Source: an uncultured Clostridia bacterium
Lineage (GTDB): Bacteria; CAYTYR01; UBA6262
Assembly: GCA_964441745.1 (NCBI GenBank)
Contig: CAYTYR010000006.1
Location: 62,001-107,984, forward strand
DNA: 45,984 bases
Reading direction: 5' to 3'
Shown one piece after another: positions 8,705-18,558 of the stretch. The position numbers and the translations under genes were made by a program. Numbering within the stretch: the first letter of the stretch is position 1; the number at the start of each line of letters is the position of its first letter. The notes beneath the pieces are model-generated. The model had not been told where the DNA came from. It was given only the letters and a program-made list of their open reading frames with translations, and did no database searches.

Positions 8705-9000
8705 AGCGGCGCAAAACCTAAAAGCTGCGCCTTTCCGTAGGGGGAACCTGAGGTTCCCCGCTCTCGGCGCTCGCTCGTTATGCGGGGTTTTTTTAGCGAA
8801 GTTCTTATGCTCGTCTTCGCTGTCACCCCCTCCTATCTATATATTTTCAAAGTTCTCCGACTACAAAGTATATTACGAATAATCCAACCTTTCCGTTCTA
8901 TTCTATTGTCAATGTTTATAGCTAATAAGGTTTTAGTTAAAGAGCTTTAATTTGTGTAATCCGCTCTTTTAATCGGTGTAATCAGTTCTTACTAAAAAAC

Positions 9001-9085
9001 TGGGCAGGGTAGGATTCGAACCTACGAAGAGCTTACGCTCGTCAGGTTTACAGCCTGATACCATTAACCGCTCGGCCACCTGCCC
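9001..9085 (-). tRNA. tRNA-Tyr(GTA)
   Basis: GGGCAGGTGGCCGAGCGG..., anticodon loop CTGTAAA, long variable arm. Confidence 0.95.
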
Positions 9086-9096
9086 ATATTTAGTTG

Positions 9097-9222
9097 CCAG
9101 TCAATACGAGAAACAGTTATGAGGTGTAAGTTTTGGAAGTAAGTTTGGTCTGAAGTCTATGGGTTAAGTTCTAAACTACTAACCTCGGACCTACTTCCAT
9201 ACTTACCTCTACAACTTTTACC
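9097..9222. repeat. ~110-bp GGAAGTAAGT/ACTTACTTCC hairpin element, copy 1
   Basis: Similar to 8 other intergenic copies. Confidence 0.85.
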
Positions 9223-9243
9223 TAATTATCCTGCCTTAAAAAA

Positions 9244-9316
9244 AGCCACCGGAGGGATTTGAACCCCCGACAGGCTGATTACAAATCAGCTACTCTACCA
9301 ACTGAGTTACGGTGGC
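9244..9316 (-). tRNA. tRNA-Thr(TGT)
   Basis: GCCACCGTAACTCAGTTGGTAGAG..., anticodon loop TTTGTAA. Confidence 0.95.
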
Positions 9317-9383
9317 AGAAATTGGCATGTACTGGTACTTATTAGAACAAACTTAGTATTAATACACTAAAATAGCAATATTG

Positions 9384-10118
9384 TCAACTTTTTTGTAATC
9401 TTTGCCTGATTATTTCATATAATAAAACACTGGCCGCGCAGCTTACATTTAGACTATCCAGCTTTCCACTTTGCGGTATGGCCACTGCAAAATCACATTT
9501 TTCCAGGATCAATTTCTGCAAACCATAACCTTCACTGCCTAAGGCCAGCATCAGTTTGCCTGACAAGTCTTGCTCGAAACATTTTTTCCCGGTGGCTTCT
9601 GCTCCGGCAATCCAGAATCCCCGGCCTTTGCACTTCTCAATTACTTGTACCAGGTTATTAGCTTGTACCACTGGTAAATATTCTATCGCTCCGGCGCTGA
9701 CTTTAGCTACAGTTTCATTGATACCGCAGGCATCTCTCTTGGGGATGATGATCGCATCTGCTCCCAGTTGGTGGGCAGACCGGACAATAGCTCCCAGATT
9801 ATGGGGATCAGTGACCCGGTCCAAAAGAACTAATAATGCGTCCTTCTTATTCTCCAGGGTATCTAAGATATGATCCAGTTCAGCATAGGTTACACTGGCT
9901 ACTTGCGCGGCTACACCCTGATGGTTAGCCCGATCAGTTATCTGGTCCAGTCTCTTTTTCTCAACGAACTGCACTACTATCTTGGCTTCCCGGGCTAAAC
10001 GGAAAATAGTATCAATGATACTGCCTTTTAGCCCTTGGGCAATATATACCTTATTAATAGAATGCTTGCTTTTAAGGACTTCCAGTACCGGTTGCCTGCC
10101 AAAAATTATTCCTGCCAC
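9384..10118 (-). CDS. rlmB: 23S rRNA Gm2251 methyltransferase
   Basis: SPOUT motifs DPHNLGAIVRSA, GSEGYG, SLNVS; follows cysS. Confidence 0.93.
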   Translation of the reverse strand: MAGIIFGRQPVLEVLKSKHSINKVYIAQGLKGSIIDTIFRLAREAKIVVQFVEKKRLDQITDRANHQGVAAQVASVTYAELDHILDTLENKKDALLVLLDRVTDPHNLGAIVRSAHQLGADAIIIPKRDACGINETVAKVSAGAIEYLPVVQANNLVQVIEKCKGRGFWIAGAEATGKKCFEQDLSGKLMLALGSEGYGLQKLILEKCDFAVAIPQSGKLDSLNVSCAASVLLYEIIRQRLQKS

Positions 10119-10122
10119 AACG

Positions 10123-11565
10123 CTACTTCACTTTCCAGCGGGTACCGTGAGCCGTATCTTCTATCACTATACCTTTGGCTGATAATGTTTCACGTATTTG
10201 GTCTGACTCAGCCCATTGCTTATTACGGCGGGCCTCTTCTCTTTTAGAGATGAGTTTTTCAATCTCATCCTTAGTGATATCTTTCCCTTTGAGCATATTA
10301 TTGCTACTCGGCAAAGAGCCGCCAACTGGGAATAATCCCAGTACTTTGCCCAACTCAATCAATGTTTTTGCCAGGTAACTTAATTCCAGTAAATCCAGGT
10401 CAGGTTTTTCCATGGCAATATTCATTGCCGTAACTATCTCATAAAGGACAGCCAGCGCCTCAGCTGTATTAAAATCATCATCCATGGCTTTGGCAAATTT
10501 GGCTTCTGCTTCAGCAATCAAGGCCGGAGGAGCCTTTTTTTCATTGACCGCCATGGCCGCACTCATGCGGTCAACCGCTTCTTTCATATTATTTAAAGCA
10601 GTAGTGAATCTTTCCTGGGCCCGGCTCATTTCTTCCAGCTTATTTTCGCTGAAATCTATCGGGCTGCGATAGTGCTGGGAGATCAATAACAACCTGACTA
10701 CCCGGGGATCATACTTCTTGTAAATTTCTTTCAAGGTAAAGAAATTACCAAGCGACTTGGACATCTTTTCCTTGTTAATGGTCACAAATCCGTTATGCAG
10801 CCAGTATTTGGCAAAAGGTTTACCCGTGGCTGACTCAGACTGGGCTATCTCATTTTCATGATGCGGGAAAATAAGGTCCTGTCCACCGCCATGTATATCC
10901 AAGGTGTCTGTTTTTAGTTCACCCAGGCTCATGGCGGAACATTCTATGTGCCAACCCGGCCGGCCCTTACCCCAGGGTGAGGGCCAGGAAAGTTCCCCTG
11001 GTTTTTCTTTTTTCCAAAGAGCGAAATCCAGCGGTGATCCTTTACGTTCATCTACCTCTACCCTGGCTCCTGATTTTAGCTGGTCCAATTCCCGTTTGGA
11101 AAGCTTGCCATAGCTGGGAAATGAAGCTACCCGGAAATAAACATCGCCATCAACAACATAAGCGTGATCGCTGGCAACCAATTTCTCCACGATCTTAATG
11201 ATATCAGGGATATGTTCAGTCACCCGGGGATATTGTTTCGCGGGTTTTATATTGAGGGCATTAATATCCTGGAAATAGGCGTCAATATTCTTTTGGGCTA
11301 ATTCCAGCGCCGGAATATTTTTTTCCCGGGCCCGTTTAATGATCTTATCATCTATATCGGTAAAGTTCTGGATATGGTTGACCGTATAACCTTTATATTC
11401 CAGATAGCGCCGGATGACATCGAAAGCCACATAGCAGCGGGCATGCCCCAGATGAACCTCATCATAGGGAGTAACGCCGCAGACGTACATATTCACCACT
11501 TTACTACTAAGCGGTTTGAATTCTTCCTTCTTTTGGGTTAAGGTATTATAAACAACTAAGCTCAA
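10123..11565 (-). CDS. cysS: Cysteine-tRNA ligase
   Basis: YVCGVT, HLGH, PGWHIECSAM, KMSKS. Confidence 0.98.
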   Translation of the reverse strand: MSLVVYNTLTQKKEEFKPLSSKVVNMYVCGVTPYDEVHLGHARCYVAFDVIRRYLEYKGYTVNHIQNFTDIDDKIIKRAREKNIPALELAQKNIDAYFQDINALNIKPAKQYPRVTEHIPDIIKIVEKLVASDHAYVVDGDVYFRVASFPSYGKLSKRELDQLKSGARVEVDERKGSPLDFALWKKEKPGELSWPSPWGKGRPGWHIECSAMSLGELKTDTLDIHGGGQDLIFPHHENEIAQSESATGKPFAKYWLHNGFVTINKEKMSKSLGNFFTLKEIYKKYDPRVVRLLLISQHYRSPIDFSENKLEEMSRAQERFTTALNNMKEAVDRMSAAMAVNEKKAPPALIAEAEAKFAKAMDDDFNTAEALAVLYEIVTAMNIAMEKPDLDLLELSYLAKTLIELGKVLGLFPVGGSLPSSNNMLKGKDITKDEIEKLISKREEARRNKQWAESDQIRETLSAKGIVIEDTAHGTRWKVK

Positions 11566-11593
11566 TTTTGCCTTTCTAGTTTTTTAATCTGCG

Positions 11594-11621
11594 CTGCGCC
11601 CGCCGAAGTATTAGTGGCGGG
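11594..11621 (+). repeat. 28-bp palindromic mini-element, copy 3
   Basis: CTGCGCCCGCCGAAGTATTAGTGGCGGG between TAATCTGCG and TAATCTG. Confidence 0.75.
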
Positions 11622-11633
11622 TAATCTGTAACT

Positions 11634-12269
11634 CTATTTTTCACACTCTTTCCGCCACCGCTGGCACTGTTTGCGGAATTCGTCGATTTCTTTCTCCATC
11701 GCCTCAATTTTTTCCATCAGGGGATCAGGAAGGTCAGAAGTTTGCACCAATTCTAAAGGATTAAACCCTTTAATACGCACTACTTCACCGGGAACCCCTA
11801 CTACCGTAGAATCATCAGGCACAGACTTTAAAATTACGGCATTAGCGCCAATCTTCACGTTATTGCCAATTCTGATATTACCCAGGATCTTGGCCCCGGC
11901 GCCGATCACCACGTTGTTGCCGATCGTTGGATGGCGCTTGCCTTTTTCTTTACCTGTCCCGCCCAGCGTTACTCCCTGATAGATAGTGACATTATCGCCG
12001 ATCTCGGTGGTCTCACCAATGACCACTCCCATACCATGGTCAATAAAAAAATTGTTCCCGATCTTGGCGCCTGGATGGATCTCTATCCCGGTCAAAAACT
12101 TGCCGAACTGGGAAGTAAAACGGGCCAGTAACAATAACCGCATCTTCATGAAAAAACGCGATAACCGGTAAAACCAAAGCGCGTGCAGGCCAGAATAAGT
12201 CAATACGACTTCCAGTACGCTCCTGGCCGCCGGATCTCTCTCAAATATTGCTTTAATGTCACGAATCAT
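11634..12269 (-). CDS. cysE: Serine O-acetyltransferase
   Basis: [31 protein letters not shown]. Confidence 0.97.
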   Translation of the reverse strand: MIRDIKAIFERDPAARSVLEVVLTYSGLHALWFYRLSRFFMKMRLLLLARFTSQFGKFLTGIEIHPGAKIGNNFFIDHGMGVVIGETTEIGDNVTIYQGVTLGGTGKEKGKRHPTIGNNVVIGAGAKILGNIRIGNNVKIGANAVILKSVPDDSTVVGVPGEVVRIKGFNPLELVQTSDLPDPLMEKIEAMEKEIDEFRKQCQRWRKECEK

Positions 12270-12277
12270 TTTTTTCT

Positions 12278-12406
12278 CCAGTCAATACGAGCAACAGTAA
12301 GTAGGTGTAAGTTTTAGAAGTAAGTATGGGCTGAAGTCTATGGGTGTTAGGTTCTAAACTACAAACTTCAGACTTACTTCCATACCTACTGCTACAACTT
12401 TCAACC
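12278..12406. repeat. ~110-bp hairpin element, copy 2
   Basis: Shares an extended left end (CCAGTCAATACGAG) with copy 1. Confidence 0.85.
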
Positions 12407-12450
12407 AATTCCTATTGCTTTTCGTTCAATACTGGCAACTGTATTTTCAC

Positions 12451-12933
12451 TTACTGGCCAACTTTTTTAAGGCTCACGATAGCCATTGCCGCGATCGCTT
12501 GTCCTTTGCCGATCAAGCCCACACCTTCATTAGTAGTCGCCTTAATGCCAATACAATTCTTTTTTATTTTTAATACCGTGGCAATGTTTTTCTTGATCTG
12601 ATCAACATATTTCCCGATCTTAGGCGCTTCCGCCAGCACCACCACATCAATATTAGCCGGCTGGTATTTCTTTTTCCTGATAATACGCAAGGTTTGGCTG
12701 AGCAATTCCAAACTGGAAATACCCTGGCAGGTATCATCGGTAGTCGGGAAATGATAGCCGATATCCCTTTCTCCGGCAGCGCCAAGCATGGCATCACAGA
12801 CCGCGTGCAATAAGACATCAGCATCAGAGTGGCCTAACAACCCTTGCTGGAAAGGAATTTGCACTCCGCCCAAAAATAGTTTACGGCCCTTGACTAACCG
12901 ATGGATATCATATCCTACGCCAACTCTCTTCAT
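12451..12933 (-). CDS. ispF: 2-C-methyl-D-erythritol 2,4-cyclodiphosphate synthase
   Basis: GYDIH, GHSDADVLLHA, KATTNE. Confidence 0.97.
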   Translation of the reverse strand: MKRVGVGYDIHRLVKGRKLFLGGVQIPFQQGLLGHSDADVLLHAVCDAMLGAAGERDIGYHFPTTDDTCQGISSLELLSQTLRIIRKKKYQPANIDVVVLAEAPKIGKYVDQIKKNIATVLKIKKNCIGIKATTNEGVGLIGKGQAIAAMAIVSLKKVGQ

Positions 12934-13614
12934 TTAGCCCTTTCGTAATAATTTCTCGGCTATAAACAGGTCAGCGGGAGTAGTGATCTTCAGGTTGTCA
13001 TAACTGCCTGGCACAATTTTTACCTTTTTCCCCAGCCGTTCCACCAGCATGGCATCATCAGTGCCATAGAATCTCTGCTGATAAGCCTGTTCATAGGCTT
13101 TCATAATCAATTTATAATTAAAGCTCTGCGGTGTTTGTATACTCCACAGGTTATACCGGTCAATAGTTTTGCTGACGAAAGCTTGATCATTTCCTGCTTT
13201 GATCGTCTCTTTGACCGGAACCGCGGCAATAGCCGCCCCAAATTTTTTGGCAGCTGAGACACTGCTTCTAATGGCCAGCGGCGACACCAAACAGCGTACC
13301 CCATCATGGATACAAACCAGGTCACAAGGTTGGATACGCTTTAATCCTTGGTATACTGAATCCTGGCGTTCCTTGCCGCCAGCTACCAGCTTGACCTGAT
13401 TTAATTTATACTTTTTGATGATGGCTTGCTGGCAATACTTCATTGAATTATGACCTGCTACCAGCACAATCTCATTAAAGATGCCGCTTTTAATGAATCT
13501 TTGCAGAGTATGCCAAAGCACAGGCTTGCCAGCCAGGAGCAGAAATTGCTTAGGCTTACTGGAATTCATGCGCTTGCCTAAGCCAGCCGCCACTATTACC
13601 GCTGCTATTTTCAC
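12934..13614 (-). CDS. ispD: MEP cytidylyltransferase
   Basis: AAGLGKRM, GGKERQDSV, IHDGVR, QTPQ, NLKITT. Confidence 0.97.
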   Translation of the reverse strand: MKIAAVIVAAGLGKRMNSSKPKQFLLLAGKPVLWHTLQRFIKSGIFNEIVLVAGHNSMKYCQQAIIKKYKLNQVKLVAGGKERQDSVYQGLKRIQPCDLVCIHDGVRCLVSPLAIRSSVSAAKKFGAAIAAVPVKETIKAGNDQAFVSKTIDRYNLWSIQTPQSFNYKLIMKAYEQAYQQRFYGTDDAMLVERLGKKVKIVPGSYDNLKITTPADLFIAEKLLRKG

Positions 13615-13654
13615 ACTTAATCTCCCAGTTTTTAGCTCATCGTTTTACAAAACC

Positions 13655-13766
13655 ATGTCTCTGGGTTTTAGGTTAGGAAGTAAGTTTAGTCTGAGGTATG
13701 TGGGTATTAGGCTCTAAACTACAAACTTCAGACTTACTTCCATACTTACTTCCACAACATTCACCC
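13655..13766. repeat. ~110-bp hairpin element, copy 3
   Basis: GGAAGTAAGTTTAGTCTGAGGT ... ACTTCAGACTTACTTCCATACTTACTTCCACAAC. Confidence 0.85.
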
Positions 13767-13767
13767 T

Positions 13768-14751
13768 TTATTTATCTTCCTTGCTCTTCAGCCTAGTAAA
13801 GATCATCCTGCCGGCAGTTGTCTGCAAAACGCTGGTCACCACTACTTCCAGTTTTTCACCGATCTTCTTGCGGCCCTCTTCCACTACGACCATCGTCCCA
13901 TCTTCTAAATAGGCAATCCCCTGGCTATGTTCTTTCCCTTCTTTCACGACCATTACGTCCATCATTTCGCCTGGGATAACCATAGGTTTGACGGCATTGG
14001 ATAATTCATTAACATTCAGCACTATTACCCCGCTAAGAGCAGCGATCTTATTCAAATTAAAATCAGTGGTAATAACTTTGGCTTTAAGCTCAGTCGCCAG
14101 TTTTACGATCTTAATATCTGCTTCCGCTGTCTCTGGATAATCTTTTTCATAGATGCGCAGCTGGATATTCTTATTTTCCTGCAGCCGGTTCAATATCTCT
14201 AATCCTCTGCGGCCGCGGCTGCGTTTCATACTGTCACCGCTATCAGCGACAGTTTGCAGTTCTTTTAAAATGAAACGCGGCACGATAAAAACTCCATCCA
14301 GGAATTTGGCATCGCAGACGTCGGCAATCCGGCCATCGATGATCGCACTGGTATCCAGTATTTTCAGGTCCTGGCCTTTTACCGCTTTAGAAATATTCTG
14401 GTCCAGTAGATTCAGCTCTTCTTTTTTCCGGATAGCAATAAGCAGGCCAAAATACCCAAAAGCTAATTTTATGAGTATAGAATAAGGTTTATATAAATTA
14501 TCAAGCGTTTGATTTCCTACCAAACTGACAGCATAATCAAGCAATTTAGCCCCGATCAAACCAATAATAGAGCCTAAAATACCAGCCACCAGGTCATCCA
14601 GAGGAATTTTCTCGATCATCATCTCAATCATAATGATCCCAGCAGCCACGGCTGTACCTAAGAGGACTCCTTGCGGTCCTTCACCCCATTGGAAATAACC
14701 AATGATCGGGCCGGCAATGACCACTAATAATCTGATAATCCAAATAATCAT
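13768..14751 (-). CDS. PIN/TRAM-domain membrane protein (YacL-like)
   Basis: N-terminal TM helices, ILDTSAIIDGRI, TTDFNLNK, YLEDGTMVVVE; located between radA and ispD. Confidence 0.92.
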   Translation of the reverse strand: MIIWIIRLLVVIAGPIIGYFQWGEGPQGVLLGTAVAAGIIMIEMMIEKIPLDDLVAGILGSIIGLIGAKLLDYAVSLVGNQTLDNLYKPYSILIKLAFGYFGLLIAIRKKEELNLLDQNISKAVKGQDLKILDTSAIIDGRIADVCDAKFLDGVFIVPRFILKELQTVADSGDSMKRSRGRRGLEILNRLQENKNIQLRIYEKDYPETAEADIKIVKLATELKAKVITTDFNLNKIAALSGVIVLNVNELSNAVKPMVIPGEMMDVMVVKEGKEHSQGIAYLEDGTMVVVEEGRKKIGEKLEVVVTSVLQTTAGRMIFTRLKSKEDK

Positions 14752-14772
14752 ATTTTTTCACCACCCTTCTCC

Positions 14773-14847
14773 TAGCGTTTAGCGGGTAGCGTTAAGCGTA
14801 TAGGAAAACATTTTCACCCTATCCGCTATACGCTATACGCTTTGCGC
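14773..14847. repeat. TAGCGTA heptamer hairpin repeat
   Basis: 4 heptamer units, a spacer, then CTATCCGC TATACGC TATACGC TTTGCGC. Confidence 0.85.
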
Positions 14848-14853
14848 CCCTCG

Positions 14854-16218
14854 TTATTTTTTCAAGCAGAAATCTATTGCTTCACTAATATTCTTCACGC
14901 CAATCACCTCTATTTTATTCTTCAGTGTTTGCGCTTCTTTCAGATTACCGGCTGGGATCACTGCTTGTTTAAAACCAAGCTTCGCGGCTTCCTGTAATCG
15001 TTCCTTCACAAAATTAATGGCTCTTACTTCTCCGCTTAATCCTACTTCTCCCATCACCGCGGTCAACTTATCCACCGGTATATTGCGCAGGGCGCTGGCC
15101 ACTGCGCACACTAAGCCCAGGTCGCTGGCAGGCTCGTCGATCTCGATGCCGCCTACGACATTGACAAAAACGTCTTGCCCTCCCAGATGCATACCTAAAC
15201 GTTTTTCCATCACCGCCAGCAGTAACAAGACCCGGTTATAATCAATCCCCTGGACTTGGCGCCTGGCTACTGGCATATATGTGCTCGTTACCAGGCTCTG
15301 CAGTTCTACCAGCAGGGGCCTGGTTCCTTCCAGGCTGACGACTACTACGGTGCCACTGGCAGTTTCATGGCGTTCGCTGAGCAGGACTTCCGAAGGATTG
15401 AGGACTTCAGCCAGCCCCTGCTCCTGCATGGTAAAAATACCGATCTCATTAGTCGAGCCAAACCGGTTTTTCACAGCCCGCAGAATCCGATAATTATGCT
15501 GGACATCACCTTCAAAATAAAGAACCGTATCTACCATATGCTCCAGGACCCGTGGCCCGGCAATCTCTCCTACCTTAGTGACATGACCGCAAATAAAGGT
15601 AGCAATAGTATAGCCTTTAGCCAGGTTCATTAACTGCAAAGTACATTCTCTGACCTGGCCGACACTTCCCGGAGCGCTGGGCAAATCAGGATCATAGAGC
15701 GTTTGGATAGAATCTATGAACAGGAACCTGGGATTCAGCTTTTTGCAATATTCAATTACCTGTTGTATATTGGTCTCGCTGACTAAATAAAGCTGTTCGC
15801 TAGCCACACCCAGCCGTTCCGCCCGTAATTTTATCTGCTGCGGAGATTCTTCACCGGAGATGTAGAGAATAATACCCTGCCGGCTTAACGGTTGGGCCAC
15901 TTGCAAAAGCAATGTCGATTTGCCGATCCCCGGAGCGCCACCGATCAATACCAGCGATCCAGGAACAATTCCACCGCCGACAATCCGGTCAAACTCACCA
16001 ATACCTGTAGGGACACGGTCCACTTCAATTGATTTTATTTGCGAGAGGGTTTGGATCGTACCAGCAACATGCGCATTACTGGCTTTATGTTTAGCCGGGG
16101 CAGCTATTTTTTCCTCAACCAGCGAATTCCACTTCCCGCAATCAGGGCATTTCCCCATCCAATTGATCGATTCATACCCGCATTCCTGACAGCGAAAAAT
16201 AATTTTATCCTTAGCCAT
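14854..16218 (-). CDS. radA: DNA repair protein RadA/Sms
   Basis: CQECG...CPDC zinc finger, GAPGIGKST, KNRFG; start at MAKDK (16218) inferred. Confidence 0.97.
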   Translation of the reverse strand: MAKDKIIFRCQECGYESINWMGKCPDCGKWNSLVEEKIAAPAKHKASNAHVAGTIQTLSQIKSIEVDRVPTGIGEFDRIVGGGIVPGSLVLIGGAPGIGKSTLLLQVAQPLSRQGIILYISGEESPQQIKLRAERLGVASEQLYLVSETNIQQVIEYCKKLNPRFLFIDSIQTLYDPDLPSAPGSVGQVRECTLQLMNLAKGYTIATFICGHVTKVGEIAGPRVLEHMVDTVLYFEGDVQHNYRILRAVKNRFGSTNEIGIFTMQEQGLAEVLNPSEVLLSERHETASGTVVVVSLEGTRPLLVELQSLVTSTYMPVARRQVQGIDYNRVLLLLAVMEKRLGMHLGGQDVFVNVVGGIEIDEPASDLGLVCAVASALRNIPVDKLTAVMGEVGLSGEVRAINFVKERLQEAAKLGFKQAVIPAGNLKEAQTLKNKIEVIGVKNISEAIDFCLKK

Positions 16219-16243
16219 ATATATCATTCCAGTCACAAGTCTT

Positions 16244-16350
16244 AAGTTATTGGGTGAAGATGTAAGTATGGTCTTAAGTCTCAGGTCTTTAGTTTACTAC
16301 TAATTACTTACCCCCTACTTCCATACCAACTTCCACAACTATCAACTACC
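16244..16350. repeat. ~110-bp hairpin element, copy 4 (diverged)
   Basis: Retains GTAAGTATGGTC and CTACTTCCATACCAACTTCCACAAC. Confidence 0.7.
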
Positions 16351-16358
16351 TTCTTTCT

Positions 16359-17738
16359 TTACTTAGCCAGTGAAGATAATCCTGACAATCCCAGGAAGTA
16401 GGCAATATCTTCATCTTCCACAACCAGGTTCATCGTCGCTGTAAAACTGCGGCGCTCCAAGACATCTTCATATGTTGCCCGAAGGTTTATATTGTCGGTA
16501 ACTTTAATTACCGCCCCGGCATTGACCCAGGCTTTATTCTTATCATTTATTTTACGGTCAAAACGGAAAGCTTCCGCGTTAAATTCCAAACGGTCGCTCT
16601 GAGGGATAGGACGCCAGCCGGCGCCAAACCCGCCGCTGGACTTGATCAGGCCGCCATAGATAGTGAATGGCCCGAAATCCTTACCCATTTCCGCGGTAAT
16701 ACTGTTATATCTCTGGTCTCCGGCGTCATAGTCGCCGATCCTGTCTTCAATCTTGAGGTTTTGTGCGGCGATATAATAAAATTTATCCGGTTTGGGCCTG
16801 ATCCTGATACCAAAATCATTACGGGTTAAGGTATCTTCAGCATTATAGTTCAGGCGATAATCCCAGTAGGTCTTAAAGTTGCTCATCCGGGCGAGCATTT
16901 TTTTCGCTTCTTCAGAGGCATCTCTCAGGCTGGCGACAGTTCCTTTAACATCATCAGCCATTTCTTCATCATTCACCAGTTTGCCCAAAGTACCCTGGCC
17001 GCCTTCGATCTTGGCCGCGATATTATTCAACGAGATTAAGGCTTCATCCAGTTTTGCGCTGATGCTTTTAAAGTTATCCATTGTTGTTTTCAGGTCTTCC
17101 TTGGAAACAGCTCCGGTCAGGTCATCAAGCTTGGCCGCTACCTGATTGATGCGTTCGGAAAATTGTTCAAAATTATCCACGATATTCGCAAGATTATCGT
17201 TTTTATCGCTTAAAAGAGTATCGAGTCTTTCCGCTATTGAACCAATATTGGCAACCATTTTTTTCAATGAACCTTCACCGGTTACGCCTTTGACCGCATC
17301 AGCCAGGTCAGTAAATCCTTTTAATCCTTCATTAACTATCTTGTCCAAACTGATCGGGTCAATTCCGATCAGCGTGTCACCTTCTTTCAAAGGCCGGTCA
17401 GACTTTGTCCCTAAGAAAAGCTCCAGGTATTTTGTGCCAATGATCCCAGTCGAGGCAATAGTAGGCCGGGCATCAGCAAAAATAGCCAAATTCCCTTTGA
17501 TCCAAAGGGTAACTTGGGCTTTACCCTTAACCAAATCAATTTTTGAGACTTCACCTATCTCCACGCCAGCCGTTTTAACCGGAGCTTTGACCTGCAAGCC
17601 ACTGATATCATTAAACAAAACCTTAATGGTATAGCCGCGTTCGAAACGAAAATCACCAACTAAAAGAATAGCTGAACCTAACAAGATCAAACTGACTAAG
17701 ACCAGCAATCCTACTTTAGTTTCCTGGCTCAAGCCCAT
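16359..17738 (-). CDS. mlaD: Long MlaD/MCE family protein
   Basis: N-terminal TM, MCE motif GLQVKAPVKTAGVEIGEV...GIIGTKYLEL, long helical region, C-terminal beta-strand region. Confidence 0.88.
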   Translation of the reverse strand: MGLSQETKVGLLVLVSLILLGSAILLVGDFRFERGYTIKVLFNDISGLQVKAPVKTAGVEIGEVSKIDLVKGKAQVTLWIKGNLAIFADARPTIASTGIIGTKYLELFLGTKSDRPLKEGDTLIGIDPISLDKIVNEGLKGFTDLADAVKGVTGEGSLKKMVANIGSIAERLDTLLSDKNDNLANIVDNFEQFSERINQVAAKLDDLTGAVSKEDLKTTMDNFKSISAKLDEALISLNNIAAKIEGGQGTLGKLVNDEEMADDVKGTVASLRDASEEAKKMLARMSNFKTYWDYRLNYNAEDTLTRNDFGIRIRPKPDKFYYIAAQNLKIEDRIGDYDAGDQRYNSITAEMGKDFGPFTIYGGLIKSSGGFGAGWRPIPQSDRLEFNAEAFRFDRKINDKNKAWVNAGAVIKVTDNINLRATYEDVLERRSFTATMNLVVEDEDIAYFLGLSGLSSLAK

Positions 17739-17798
17739 GTAAGTCTCCTTTTAAATACAGTCAAAACTAAAAGCTGTCAAAGCGAGAAACAGTCTCAA

Positions 17799-18557
17799 CT
17801 ACCCTCGATCTTCCAAAGTAATGGGACCTTTGGCCGTACCGGAGATAAACTGTTTTACGATCGGATCTGAAGTGTTTTTAATTTCATACGGCGTGCCTAC
17901 TTGCTGTATCACGCCATGATACATCATGGCGATGCGGTCAGCCACCGTATACGCGCTGACCATATCATGAGTCACGACAATAGAAGTCACTCCCAGTTTT
18001 TCCTTCAGGTTAATGATCAGGTCATTAACCGCATCTGACATAATCGGATCAATCCCGGTGGTTGGCTCATCATATAGTATATACTGTGGCTGGGCAGCAA
18101 TTGCCCTGGCCAAACCAACCCGCTTGCGCATGCCCCCGGATAGTTCAGACGGCATAGTATGTTCGATACCTTCCAGTCCTACCAACCGCAAACATTCGGT
18201 TACGCGTTCACGTATCTTACTCTCACTATCCATCAAATGCTGGGTACGCAGTCCGAAACTGATATTTTCACTGACATTCAAGGAATCAAACAGCGCCGCT
18301 CCCTGGAATAAAAATCCAAATTTTTTTTGAATAACCTGCAGTTCCAAAGGATGTAATTCGCCAATATTCATATCATCAACTTTCACTGTGCCCTGGTCCG
18401 GCTTCAGCAGGCCAATAATGTGTTTCAAGGTCACACTCTTGCCACAGCCGCTGCGCCCGATAATCACCATCGTCTCGCCGGTCTCGATATTTAAGTCTAA
18501 ACCTCTTAAAACTTCCTGATGATTAAACTTCTTATACAGTCCTGTTAGTTTGATCAT
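17799..18557 (-). CDS. mlaF: MlaF-type ABC ATPase
   Basis: GRSGCGKS, FQGAALFDS, LSGGMRKRV, YDEPT. Confidence 0.92.
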   Translation of the reverse strand: MIKLTGLYKKFNHQEVLRGLDLNIETGETMVIIGRSGCGKSVTLKHIIGLLKPDQGTVKVDDMNIGELHPLELQVIQKKFGFLFQGAALFDSLNVSENISFGLRTQHLMDSESKIRERVTECLRLVGLEGIEHTMPSELSGGMRKRVGLARAIAAQPQYILYDEPTTGIDPIMSDAVNDLIINLKEKLGVTSIVVTHDMVSAYTVADRIAMMYHGVIQQVGTPYEIKNTSDPIVKQFISGTAKGPITLEDRG

Positions 18558-18558
18558 C

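Noticed and set aside
9361-9388. Promoter for the tRNA cluster (TTGACA overlapping the rlmB stop)
   Set aside because: The -35 is perfect but the -10 at 17 nt (TATTAA) is weak, so it is not listed as a feature.
17774-17793. LexA box near radA (CTGT...ACAG)
   Set aside because: The spacer is 11 nt rather than 8 and the site is not upstream of radA.
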